64,000 nucleotides of DNA, from positions 12,674,316 to 12,738,315 of the forward strand of contig NC_092384.1 in the NCBI RefSeq assembly GCF_030028105.1, given 5' to 3'. The notes beneath the pieces were generated by a model that saw nothing but the letters and a program-made list of their open reading frames with translations, searched no databases and was not told the DNA's origin. Shown here one piece after another: positions 1-12,200 of the stretch; the first letter of the stretch is position 1; each line of letters begins with the position of its first letter. This DNA is from Mobula birostris. Its lineage: Eukaryota. The translations under genes and the position numbers were made by a program.

Positions 1-70
1 GAGTTCGTGAAACACAGCAAATGCCGTCGTCTAATTTGAATCTGGATCGTGAATTACAAGCTGATATAGT

Positions 71-104
71 TAATAATAATAATAATAATAATAACAACAA
101 CAAC
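71..104. repeat. (AAT)n/(AAC)n microsatellite
   Basis: taataataat...aataacaacaacaac read directly. Confidence 0.9.
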
Positions 105-1044
105 ATTTCTTCAAATTTTACCATCTTAATTAATGGACCCGAGGTTAATTTAATGAAAATCATTTAACATTTTTCCCATTTTCTGTTCCGTAGCTGCTCC
201 AACTCCATTGGATATTTTCGCAACAAATACTACAGCTGCAACTTTCATTCTCGTGTCATTCCGGCGTAGTATTTGTCGAGACTTGGACACAGCAACGCTT
301 CGTTGCCTGCTTGTATTCCGCCTTTCTTGAGAAATTGAGCTGTCGAGTCAACAGACTCTGAAGACTACCCGTATGCTTTTATTCTTAGTTTTTCTTTTCA
401 GCCACAGTGTAGGCTTCGCTTTCCATTTGAGAGATTTAGTTAACGGTCCTGCTTGGCCAAGCGTTTATTATTTTCTTTTCCTTTTAACACTGTTTGCATG
501 AAAGTCTGTGAACTATCGACCTGCTTCAGTGTCTCTCACTCCACACTTGCGCCTTATCCGAACCTGGTGACAGTATCAGTCTATGAAATTACAGATAAGA
601 TTATAAATGGTAGCAACATTTAAGGTGTATATATTTAGCTATTTTTGTTCGTCTACCAGCTTTAACGAAGTTGAACAGTTTATTTGTGTAACGTGTGGAA
701 TGTGGCCCCGTCATGCTCTGAAATACCAAAATTTAGGATGTATATTGCAACAGCCTAAAAAGTTCTAGTGTTGAACACCAAAGGTCACTTCAAAGCTTGA
801 AGGGTGCAATCAACAGAAAATCTATATTTTTAAAAATTTGCGTAGTGTTCCCTACATCTGCGTTTTGTGCAATGAAACTAGGTAAATGCTTGTTTGGAAA
901 TGATTATTTAACTTTTTTGTTTCTATTATATATTGCAACACGTGTTTTCCTAAATGCTACATGTTTCCTTTTGTTTGTTTGTGGGTTATCTAAAGAAATC
1001 CAGTCAAATCAAGGAAGAAATTTTATGCCTGGATTATTCTAGCA

Positions 1045-2568
1045 GGTAGTTTATTAACTGGGAGCCAAGCAGATTACCTCGCCTGCGTACGATCCAGAAT
1101 CACAAGGAGCCTTAGAAAGGTTCCATTCTACCCTCAGAACCATGATTAGGACGTGTTGTGTTGAAAATGAGAAGGATTGGGATGAGGGAGTTCATTTGCT
1201 TTTATTTACATTACGGGAGTCAGTGCAGGAGTCCCTAGGCTTTAGTCCCTTTGAACCTGTGTTAGGGCACAGAGTCCGAGGACCTTTGGCATTGTTAAAA
1301 GAACAGTGGGTTAACGCAACACTACATAGTAATTTGCTGGATTGTGTCTTAAAATCTAAGGAAATATTGCAAAAAGCTTGCAGCTTAGCAAGGGAAAATT
1401 TAAAATTTGCTCAGGAAAGAAGGAAAACTTAGTATGAAAAGGAAGCTAGAATGAGGTCATTCAAGCCGGGAGATAAGATGCTGGCTCTTTTCCCTGTGTA
1501 AGCGAACCCTTTTCAAGCTAAATTTCATGGTTCTTAAGAGATAATATCTAAAGTTAATAATGTGGACTAGTTGGTAAAAATACCAGATCGACAAAGGCCA
1601 AAGCAGCTTTGTCATGTAAACATGATAAAACTATCTTATGAAAAACAATCCGCCGCTATGACTGTTGGTCTCAATAACAATGAGTCTGACCTCCCTGGGA
1701 ACTTGGTAGTTGGTCCATCTGAGGCTGATTTTAAACCAAACATTATTTCTGCCAGTCTAACAAATTCGTCAATTTTGGAAAATATTGTTGAGAAATTGGC
1801 TCATTTGCAGCCACAGCAGCGGCAGCAAATAAAGCAGTTAATTATGAAATTTAGGGATTTATTTCCATACCTTCCAAAAAAAAACACTGTAGCCTCACAT
1901 GATGTAGATGTTGGAAACGCCAAACCCATAAGGCACCATCCATATCGAATGAACGTGGAAAAATGTACTCTTGCCGAGCAAGAAATTAAGTATATGTTAG
2001 AAAATGATTTTATTATGCCTTCTACCTCGGAGTGAAGTTCACCTTCTGTCATGGTGCCTAAACCAGATGTTTTGTACTGATTACAGAAAGGTAAGTGCTC
2101 TAACAAAAGCCTAGGGTAGATGATTGTGTGGATAAGGTTGGAAAAGCTAAGTTTCTTACAAAGACTGATCTGTTAAAAGTGTATTGGTGTGTTCCATTGA
2201 CGGATAAAGGTAGAGAAATTTCTGCATTTGTAACGCCATCTGGGTATATGAATACAATGTTCTGCAATTTGGAGTGAAGAATGCTCCAGGAACTTTCCAG
2301 AGAATGATTAATTATGTAATTAAAAGGTTAAAACACACAGATGCCTATATTGATGACTTAGTCACAGGGAAGTACATAACTCTGCAGTGGAAAAGCTGTT
2401 TGAAAGGCTCTGAAAAGCCAACCTTACCGTTAACTTAGCTAAAAGTGAATGTGGCCATGCCACTGTGACCTATCTTGGTTACGTTTTGGGTCAAGGTAGG
2501 TTGGCTCCTGTTCAGGCAAAAATTCAGGCAATTTTGGAGGTTTCTACTCCCACCAGTAAAGAGGTTCC
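1045..2568 (+). mobile_element. Decayed Ty3/Gypsy LTR retrotransposon pol fragment, integrase upstream of RT (Gmr1-like order)
   Basis: ORF 1142-1432 has integrase C-terminal motifs (KDWDEGVHLLLF...ESLGFSPFE..LGHRVRGPL). Then come RSFKPGD/CHVNMIK, then RT N-terminus (HDVDVGNAKPIRHHPYR, YMLENDFIMPSTSE*SSP). Stops and frameshifts present. Confidence 0.85.
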
Positions 2569-2569
2569 T

Positions 2570-3200
2570 CTTCAGTGGAGAAAGTGAAGAGTACAATATT
2601 CCTCGGCTGCACACGACGGAGGAACTAACCTGAACCCATAACACCTTCTCATTATTCAAGAAGACACAAAAAGACTGAGGCTTTCAAGTCTCCACGCCCC
2701 TATTCAAACAACTTTCTCCAAGACCACCAATGAGACTGTCCTTTCTGGTTGCATCATTGTATAGCACGGAAACTGTAAGGCATCGGGCCACAAGACCTTA
2801 CAGAGGATAATAAAACCCGCTGAGAGGATCACCGCGGTCCCCCCCCCCCCCACAATACACACACCCCAATTTATGGTAATTTATGGTATTTATCGGAGAC
2901 GTGGTACATGTAGAGCACGAAGCTATGCTGAGGATGTTATTCCACAATGTCTTTGACATATTGGCTTCACAATGCAGGTACAGGAGCGTCAGGCTAGACT
3001 GGGTACCAGCTTCTTTTCCAACGCTGTGAGGCTAATTAATACCCTGCCACAATCGAGGTCTCGTCACCAGGGTAGCGAATTGTTTACCGTTTACTTTTTA
3101 CGTATGTTGTGCAAATCAAATGCGTTTTGAATTACATTTTATCAACGTATTTGTGGTATGTGTTTTATGTGCTGTATATTACATGTGAATTGTGAGTGCA
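2570..3200 (+). mobile_element. Rex1/Babar-type LINE 3' fragment (decayed)
   Basis: gagactgtcctttctggttgcatcattgtatagcacggaaactgtaagg...cttcttttccaacgctgtgaggctaattaa encodes the SVLSGCI..YGNC / SFF..AVRLIN C-terminus typical of this clade; AT-rich tail follows. Confidence 0.65.
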
Positions 3201-3561
3201 CTGTGGTCCAGATGAAAGCTGCTTGTAAATATAAACAGTCGGATGATAATTAACTTGAAATTAACCATGAAATTAAGATAACTCTGACATTGTTCCTGAA
3301 TTATTTCGTTTTGTTTTGTGAATCCACGCATCAAATCCATTAACAACAGAAAGAAAATTATTTCAGCAGAGACGTTCAATAGGAAAACATATGAATTATT
3401 TCAGATTTGCAAACGGTGTTTGGAAAGACTCATTTAAAATGAAATATATATTCGTTGTTGCACAAACACAAAATTATTGCTCTTTTTAGATCTATTCTTG
3501 GAGACCATGGCTTATTTTCCCATTTCTATTGTCCTTAACAACATAGTCATTTTAACGCGCC

Positions 3562-5060
3562 CAAATGCTGGAGGAACACAACATCTCAGGCAGCATCTAT
3601 GGAAATGACTAAAGATTCGATATTTTGGGCCGAAACCCCTCATCAGGACTGGAAAGAAAGGGGACTGATTCCAGATTAAGAGGATGGGGACGGGGTGGAA
3701 TACAAGCGGCATGATGTCAGAAGAAATCACATATCAGTTTGGTCCCTAGCTGGAGGGAATATGAGGTGTTGATCCTCCAGACTGGGGTGGCCTCATCATG
3801 GCAGAAATGGAGGTCAATAACCGACATGTCTAAATAGGAAGTGGGACAGGAATTGAAATGGTTGGCCAGCGGGAAACCCTGCTTGTTTTGCGGATGGAGC
3901 TGATGGTCTTGGTCAAGCGGCTTCTCAATCTACGTCGGGTCTCAGCAATGTAGAGGAAGCCTCATCAAGAACACCCAATACTGTAGATGACCCAAACATA
4001 TTCACAGGTGAAGTGTTGCTGTGTGTTTGGTGGTAGGGTTGAAGAAATTTCAAGTTGCAGAGAATGATAGGTTGTATTCAGAGGCACTTGGGATGACTGG
4101 TGAGAATTCTATCCTTGTCACAGAACCAGGAAGGTGGGTTGAGCGCCGGCTGAGGAAAGGAAGAAGGTGTCAGAAATGGACAAAGTGAGTTTAAGGTCAG
4201 AGTTTGAAGCAAAGCTGATTGAATTGATATGTTCAGCATGGATGCATGAATCAATCAATCATCAAAACAGTCGTCAATGCAGCGTTGAAAGAATTGAGAA
4301 GCATTACAAGGGGATGTTTGGAACATGTAGCCACCGAAAAGGCAGGTACAGCAGGGGCACATTCGAGTGCCTATGGCTGCAACTTGAGTTTGGAGAAAGT
4401 GGGAGAGAAATTGTTGAGGCTTAGGAGCTGTTCTACCAGGCAGAGGAGGTAGTGATGACGGAAATAGTCGGGGCTGTTGTCAAGAAGTTGAGAATATATC
4501 TTGAAGGTAAGGGGTGGGAAGTTCAAGGGGGATATTAAAAGAAGGTTTTTTACTCAGAGAGTGGTTGGTGTGCGGAATGCACTGCCTGAGTCAGTGGTGG
4601 AGGCAGATACACTAGTGAAGTTTAAGAGACTACTATACAGGTATATGGAGGAATTTAATGTGGAGGGTTATATGAGAGGCAGGGTTTCAGGGTCGGCACA
4701 ACATTGTGGGCCGAAGGGCCTGCATTGTGCTGTACTATTCTATGTTCTATGTTTAAGGGCTTCTTAACGGTGAATAGAAATGTATAGGGATTGGAAATCC
4801 ATGGTGAAATGGGGCGATCAGGGCCAAAGCATTCAAAGTACTTGAGGATATCGAGAGCATGTGAAGTGGCTCGGATGTAGTGGGGTGGGGGGAGGGACTG
4901 ATCGAGGGGATGAGATGGAGTCAGGGTTGTGGACACATGTTCAATCTGACAGGAACACGCAGAAACAGTGGGCTCACCCGGAATTTTAGGTTTGTGGATG
5001 ATCGGTAGGAAATAGAAACGACATATTGATTGTACCATCGGTCTATCTGGTGAAAGCTAT
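3562..5060 (-). mobile_element. Penelope-like retroelement fragment (RT, GIY-YIG endonuclease, terminal repeat)
   Basis: ORF 4655-5038(-) FYFLPIIHKPKIPGEPTVSACSC...YIRATSHALD matches PLE RT. 3905-3992(-) reads VIYSIGCS**GFLYIAETRRRLRSRL (GIY-YIG). Hammerhead-like terminal sequence at 3614-3651. Interrupted by CR1 at about 4500-4755. Confidence 0.8.
4500..4755 (+). mobile_element. CR1 LINE 3' end nested in the Penelope-like element
   Basis: KVRGGKFKGDIKRRFFTQRVVGVRNALP (CR1 ORF2 C-terminus) and (TGTTCTA)n tail. Confidence 0.9.
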
Positions 5061-7006
5061 TCCAGAGTACAGTTCACTATTGTCTACAAGGACTTTCTCA
5101 ATATCATGACGAAATACCAGATATATAAGTGTACAGTATTCCGAAAACAGCGCCGTTTCTTTGCCACTACTGCCACTCTCCTCAGAGATAGTGGTCGCTG
5201 TTTTGCGGGACCGTGTTGAACTAGAATAAGCGAACGACTGTGGTGTGTATGCATAATATTATACACTACAGTCTACGTGCAAGTCTGGAAGAATAAATGC
5301 ATTGTTCCGTTCTTAGATGGTTATTTTATGCTGGTGATATCATGATTATTTTGGATTGTTGAAAATTTATTCAGCTGGACAATGGTATGTACAGTATATT
5401 GAGGTGGCCCAGAGGTGTTGAAATTTGAATTGAGCGGCGCAGAGACTCTGGCTTCCGCAGTCACAGTTTTTTTTTGACGTTTGGCTTAACTAATTAATTT
5501 TCCGGCCAGTGAGGACCTCCCGTATGCATATTGCTGGCATGAAATATCGCTTGTAGTTCTCATACTCACCTTTGTTCGAGACTGTCATTGTGTGACACTT
5601 TGAGGCGCGATTTTTTCCCCGCACTTTTCGAAAAAGGCCAGAATGCTATGGTGGTCTTTTTGCACGAAGATATAAAATACTTCATCAGTTGATCCGTTTA
5701 TTCCATGTGCTGAAACGCACGTTCAGCCGAATATAACCAACCCGATTGGTTTAGATTTAATTTATATGAAGACATCAAGGATAATGGTAACTTATTTCAG
5801 AGTTAATGTTAAAATCCTTGTTAGAAATACTAAACTGGTGAGGCAATATTTGCGAGGAACGATTCATTTTGATACCCTCCTTTCCTTAGAACTTGGTGAT
5901 AAACTTTGGTTATAAAAGCTTCTCCAGGCTCAACACATTAATTCTGCATCCATTGAAAAAAGTAATTTATAAACTGCCCATCGAAGTTCAGAATATACTC
6001 GACTATTATCACAACAGTGTGACAGTGAGATACGTAAAAAAAAAATTATACATGAAGGTGAATGCACTTCTGTTTTCTGATTCGAACGTTCCTTCTGCTT
6101 TCGAAACTGCGATACCTCGTACTGGAAAACACAGCCGGCGAGCATATCATCTTGACATTTACTTATTCAGGCTCCGAAAGCATAATTCAACGACATCGCC
6201 TTTCATTCTTTTGAAATTCTGAAGAGTGTAACCAAGCCCAATTAATCCCAATTCATAGAGAGCAATGCTTCATGTCAGTATTCAGTCAGACTTGAGCATA
6301 AAGTTCCAGTTGCAGTTCTGTAGGGTTCTACACCATTCTATGAATAAAATTAACTGAATAATCTATTTTTAAATTAAACAAGATGGCGCATGCAATATAC
6401 CCAACGTTTTGCACAGTTCAAAAATTACAAGAAATAAATTTTCTGAATTGCTGTCGTTTGCCATCTGCGATCTGCACGCTGCGATACATCAGAGGATGCA
6501 GAATACGTGACGGTTGTCACGGTCTTTATAAAGACACTCGGGGGCGAGTGTGCTCACAGAAAATCTTTCAGTGTCTTCCGCAACTAGAAGTCCTGGACGA
6601 GTCAAAGGAACCGCAATCTGCTGAGGTCTAGACCGGTGGCGTTAAGGTCTGGCAACTCTGGAAATTAGAAGAAGTCTAGATATGGCCTCCGAAAGCCACG
6701 TATAAAGGATAGGCACAGACTATGATGTTCATTATTGACTACTGCTCAATATTCAACATCATTCATTTGAACCTAATTATTAAGCTCCAAGACAAAAGTA
6801 TCGACGCCTCCTTGTGAAAGTGGATCCACGATTTCCTCACTTGTACTCCCCAGTCAATGCGGATTGGAAACAATAATTTAGATTACATTTCACTTTCTTA
6901 ATACTTTATAGGATTAGATAAAATTTTCTCTTTCAAGAAGTTTCGTTTGCATCCTGAAATTGTAGTCTCGAAAAGGCTCTCGGACAATTCAAACTGAGTA
7001 ATCCAA

Positions 7007-7207
7007 ACACGAGGAAATCTGCAGATGCTGGAATTTCAAGCAACACACATAAAAATTGCTGGTGAATGCAGCAAGCCAGGCAGCATCTCTAGGAAGAGGT
7101 ACAGTCGACGTTTTGGGCCGAGACACTTCGTCAGCCTTGACGAAGGGTCTCGGCCCGAAACGTCGACTGTACATCTTCCTAAAGATGCTGCCTGGCCTAC
7201 TGCGTTC
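7007..7207. mobile_element. Penelope-derived short fold-back element with about 70 bp inverted arms and a 14 bp flanking direct repeat
   Basis: Arms about 7064-7133 and 7138-7207 are reverse complements with few mismatches. ACTGAGTAATCCAA occurs at 6993-7006 and 7208-7221. Same terminal repeat family as 3562-3652. Confidence 0.85.
7132..7169 (+). ncRNA. Minimal type I hammerhead-ribozyme-like motif (one core substitution)
   Basis: CAGCC-TTGACGA-AGGG-TCTCGG-CCC-GAA-ACGT-C-GACTG. Core CUGANGA appears as UUGACGA, GAAA is intact, helix III is the palindromic ACGU, stem I is CAGCC/GACTG. Confidence 0.55.
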
Positions 7208-8419
7208 ACTGAGTAATCCAATCTTTCCTGCGAGCGTTACCTAAGAATATATAAGGTTATCATTGGATGACAATTCAAACACCTTTGGCACTTCAGGTAA
7301 TACCATTCTGATACACCCACATAAACCAAAATCTATTTCATTTCATTTAAACTACAATTACACTAATGCCAGCGCATTTCAGTGGAATACAATTATAGCT
7401 ACAGAACAATATCTTGTCGTAAATGTTACTCTGTTGATTGGAATTAGGAATGAAAGAATAGCACTTCGTTAAAATCAGACTACAGGCTTTCAATTAATGT
7501 TTTCCCCTCATTTGATAATGCTTAGCACATTATTAGACTTGCACAAAAGACATGATCTGAAATTCCCAAGCTGCTGTTCCAGTATAAAACTGCACTGTAA
7601 TTAGAGAAAATATTTATGTGTACTAATCAAATATGATTCAATCTGTAATCATTATTTTGCTTGAATATATCCATCTTTTCCTGCAAAATATCGTATTACT
7701 CATTAAGCACAACTTGTTGTTACTGAATACCTTGGAATTTGGTTCAGTAATCGACTATGAATAATGAGCTCTTAAATAACGCGTAACTGAAAGGACGCTA
7801 TCTGCTTCAGGGAATAAAGCAATATTCTGGCATTGTTTATATAGTGCACATAATTTTTAAAAAGATTAGCAACGAAAGAAAATGGCAAACTGGGAGCCAC
7901 CTGAATCTCCGATAGGTTGTTGCTGATGTTTCACTTTGCAGGGATATATACCAGATAGTGCGCTCTTGAGTACAGGACAGCAAACGGCACCCGGGAATTT
8001 GTTCTCTGCAGTCTGGTTCTATGGATGCTTCCCCTGTCGATCCATAAATATTTGGAGGAGCTTTCGTTATAGTGGGTATACTCTAGAAGAGTTTGTTGTC
8101 TTCAATGCCATAGATCTTACTGTGTTATCATGATTCGTCCCCAGTCACAATTGAGTACTGATGAAGAAACAATGCTGCATTAATCGTGGTAGTTAATAGA
8201 GGTGATTGATGGAAGCGACAATGGCCGAAGGTCATGAGAGGAAGTAGAGCATAGAGTGATGTCCGGGTCGTGGGTGAAGATAGATAGGATGAGGAAATGG
8301 AGCCATTCAATAAAGTGAATGGAAAAAGGAATGCGTAAAGGAGGAGAAGGAAATAGATTAGTGAGGTTTGAGTGAGTGTAGGAATAACTGTGTATATCGG
8401 AAAGGAGAGAAAGTGTTTT

Positions 8420-8640
8420 GTTTCTCCAAATTCTAATAAATCGTGTGCCTAAGAATCCTCTCCAATGCTTTTCCCACCACTCAAATAAGACTCACCGATC
8501 TATAATCACAGGAGTGTTCCTATTACCTTTCTTGAACAACGCAACAACTTATTCTATGCCACCTTCCAATTCTCTGCTAGGAATCTGAACTTCACAACCC
8601 CGGGGACGCATCTATCCTAACGTTTCTCTTTAGTTCCAAC
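8420..8640 (-). mobile_element. Old CR1 ORF2 fragment
   Basis: cttttcccaccact...ctcaccgatctataatcacaggagtgttcctattacctttcttgaacaa resembles the antisense of the PGNYRPVSLTSVVGK region seen in younger copies. Confidence 0.5.
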
Positions 8641-9169
8641 AATCCTTCTTTTCAAACTCGATGTGGTCCAGAAAAATTGTCTGTTCAACCCTGACCACAC
8701 ATTCATGATCGCCGACTGAGTCGCTCGGCTTAAGAACCAGCATTTTCAGTATTTGTTTACTCGTCAATGCACCCTAAATATTCACTATTAATATTCAAAA
8801 TTATTATAAAAGTCCTTAAATATGCAAAGGTTGTGAAAATTTGGTATTGTAGATCCATAAAGTCATGCTAAAATAACGATTAAAGAAGTTTCAAAACCTT
8901 GTGACATTTACACTATCTATTTCTAGATCTAACATCATCAGTGAAACAACATGTGTGCTAGTAAAGAGAGTAGCAACAAAAAATCGAATTATTACATGTA
9001 TTATTACCCGTACTCTGGTAAGTCACTGACTTACGAATCGATCGTTGTAACTACACCACCCCATTCAACGACAGGATATGAATCATCCTTTATAGAATGC
9101 AAACCACTCCCTCACTCTCCGATTGAAGTCGTGCATCTACAGACTCATTAGCTTGATCTGTTCGGCAGG

Positions 9170-9218
9170 ATGTCAAGTATGCTGCTCCTCCTGGCAGTCA
9201 GTTGGAACATTTACATAG
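9170..9218 (+). CDS. Exon 1: signal peptide MSSMLLLLAVSWNIYI
   Basis: ATG in context GCAGGATGT, hydrophobic run, phase-1 donor ATAG|gtatag, typical of Ig-superfamily leader exons. Confidence 0.75.
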
Positions 9219-12200
9219 GTATAGCTTTATTCATTTTCTGCGTTCCATAATTTATAAATCAATCTCTGGTTAGCTTCCATGATATTGAGTCTAACTGTGA
9301 TTCAGGTGTACAGTCGGTCACATTTATTAAAAAATTCATTTCATTGTTAACTTAACCAACCTAACTTTTCCTTCACAGCTGCGGATCAGATTACGTTCAG
9401 TGTAACTCAATTGCCCAAAGAAGCGGTTGTATCCAAAGGAGGGAACGTCACGTTCTACTGCTTATTTCCCATTTCTCAGGATCAATCCTGGACGAAAGTG
9501 CATTGGTGGAAACAGGGCGAGAATAATTACCAACGGACAGGCATCGGCAACAGAAAAAGTTCTGGTCTGAGAGGTACAAGAACTTGGTACTTTGAGTTGC
9601 AACAAGTAATGATCCAAGATTCTGGACTGTATTTCTGTTCAGTGACCCGCAAAGGACTGTCTGCAAGAAATGGAACTGGTTCACTTCTAAAAGTGAATGG
9701 TAAGTTAAATTAATAGGCGAATAAATTATCCATTAACTATAAAGAATATATGCCAAGAAACAGACGCTTATGAAGATGTCCTTTATCATTCATTCTCCAT
9801 CGCTCGATCCACTCTTTGCGAATACGAGAGGGTCTGAAGGGTTGCAAGGAATCACCAGATCCACAAAATATGCCATAATCTGCAGTCTGTTCTCTATTAT
9901 TAGCAACCAGAGATGTCACGTTACTTAGAACATAGAATATAGAACATAGAATAGTACAGCATAGTACAGGGCCTTCGGCCCACAATGTTGTGCCGACCCT
10001 CAAACCCTGCCTCCCATATAAGCCCCCACCTTAGATTCTTCCATATACCTGTCTAGTAGTCTCTTAAACTTCACTAGTGTATCTGCCTCCACCACTGACT
10101 CAGGCAGTGCATTCCACGCACCAACCACTCTCTGAGTAAAAAACCTTCCTCTATTATCCTCCTTGAACTTCCCAACCCTTACCTTAAAGCCATGTCCTCT
10201 TGTATTGAGCAGTGGTGCCCTGGGGAAGAGGCGCTGGCTTTCCACTCTATCTATTCCTCTTATTATCGTGTACACCTCTATCATGTCTCCTCTCATCCTC
10301 CTTCTCTCCAAAGAGTAAAGTCATAGCTCCCTAAACCAGGCAGCATCCTGGTAAATCTCCTCTGTACCCTTTTCAATGCTTCCATATCCTTCCTATAGTG
10401 ATGTGACCAGAACTGGACACGATACTCCAAGTGTGGCCTAACCAGAGTTTTATACAGCTGCATCATTACATCGCGACTCTTAAACTCTATCCCTCGACTT
10501 ATGAAAGCTAACACACCATAAGCTTTCTTAACTACCCTATCCACCTGTGAGGCAACTTTCAGGGATCTGTGGACATGTACCCCGAGATCCCTCTGCTCCT
10601 CTACACTACCAAATATCCTGCCATTTACTTTGTACTGTTACTGTTTTAATCCTTATTCCTCTATGCCTTTCCATGGATCTGTGATACAGAAATATCTGTC
10701 TGTAAATTCCAAAGAATGATGCTATATGGAGAATCATTGGATTATAGTAGATCAAATGGTAAAGGGTTGCCAAATAAGGATATAATCCTTCCAATAGTAG
10801 TGGCGGCAACGAAGGGTAATCAAGCATGAAAACTTTGCAATTCCTTACTGAAATCTCTCAGCACCTCCATTTTTTGAAGACAGTGCTTCAAAATATCACA
10901 AATTTCAAAATTTGTTTAGCCTCTGATCGGTTCCCTTGTGGCACTTTATTTCTCCCTCCGCTGTTTGTTTTTTGAAAGGGCTTATGTGAAACGCAATGGA
11001 TATAATTTCCTGAATAAATTAGTTACACGATAAACGTTCCTGTTTTTTGGAACTTGAAATTAGGCAATGATAAACACGAGCGTAGGATGTTATAAAATCA
11101 AATCATAAATCCTAAAGTTAATTAGACAGTCTACTTGCTTAATTCCGGAAAGATGTATTCAAAAATGACATGTTTCAAAATCTTACTCTTCGTGATTTTT
11201 ATAAATGACCTGGATGAAGAAGTGGAGGGATGGGTTAGTACGTTTGCTGATGACACAAAGGTTGGAGGTGTTGTGGATAGTGTGGAGGGTGGTTACAGGC
11301 TACAGCAGGATATTGACAGCAAGCAAAACTGGGCTGAGAAGTGGCAGATGGAGTTCAACCCAGATAAGTGTGAACTGGTGCATTTTGGTAGGTCAATATG
11401 ATGGCAGAATATAGTATTAATGGTAAGACTCTTGGCAGTTTGGAGGATCAGATGGATCTTGGGGTCCGAGTCCATAGGACGCTCAAATCAGCTGGGCAGG
11501 TTGACTCTGTGGTTAAGATTGGCTTTCATCAATTGTGGAATGGAATTTTGGAGCCGAGAGGTAATGTTGCAGCTATATAGGACCCTGGTCAGACCCCACT
11601 TGGAGTACTGAGCTCAGTTCTGGTTGCCTTACTATAGGAAGGATGTGGAAACCATACAAAGGGTGCAGAGGAGATTTACAAGGATGTTGCCTGGATTGGG
11701 GAGCATGCCTTATGAGAATAGGTTGAGTGAACTCGGCCTTTTCTCCTTGGAGCGACGGAGGATGAGAGATGACCTGACAGAGTGTATAAGATGACGAGAG
11801 GCATTGATCGTGTGGATAGTCAAAGGCTTTTTCCCAAGGCTGAAATGGTTGCCACAAGAGGACACAGGTTTAGGGTGCTGGGAAGTAGGTACAGCGGAGA
11901 TGTCAGGGGTAAGGATTTTACGCAGAGAGTCGTGAGTGCGTGGAATAGGCTGCCGGCATCGGTGGTGGAGGCGGATACGATAGGGTCTTTTAAGGGACTT
12001 TTGGATAGAGCTTAGAAAAATAGAGGGCTATAGGTAAGCCTTGTAATTTCTAAGGTCGGGACATGTTCGGCACAATTTTGTGGGCCGAAGGGCCCGTATT
12101 GTTCTGTAGGTTTTCTATCTTTCTATATTTCAAAAACACGGTTTGAAATGACCTCATCTGACCTCAGAACAATATTCCTCCCCATTCAAGAAAAAAACTG

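Noticed and set aside
5893-6222. 109 aa ORF in unique sequence
   Set aside because: No recognisable domain, TTG start, AT-rich composition; probably chance
6480-6630. Possible paralog cytoplasmic exon (DAEYVTV; CLPQLEVLDESKEPQSAE)
   Set aside because: Weak splice sites, the two peptides are in different frames, and no associated Ig or TM exon was found
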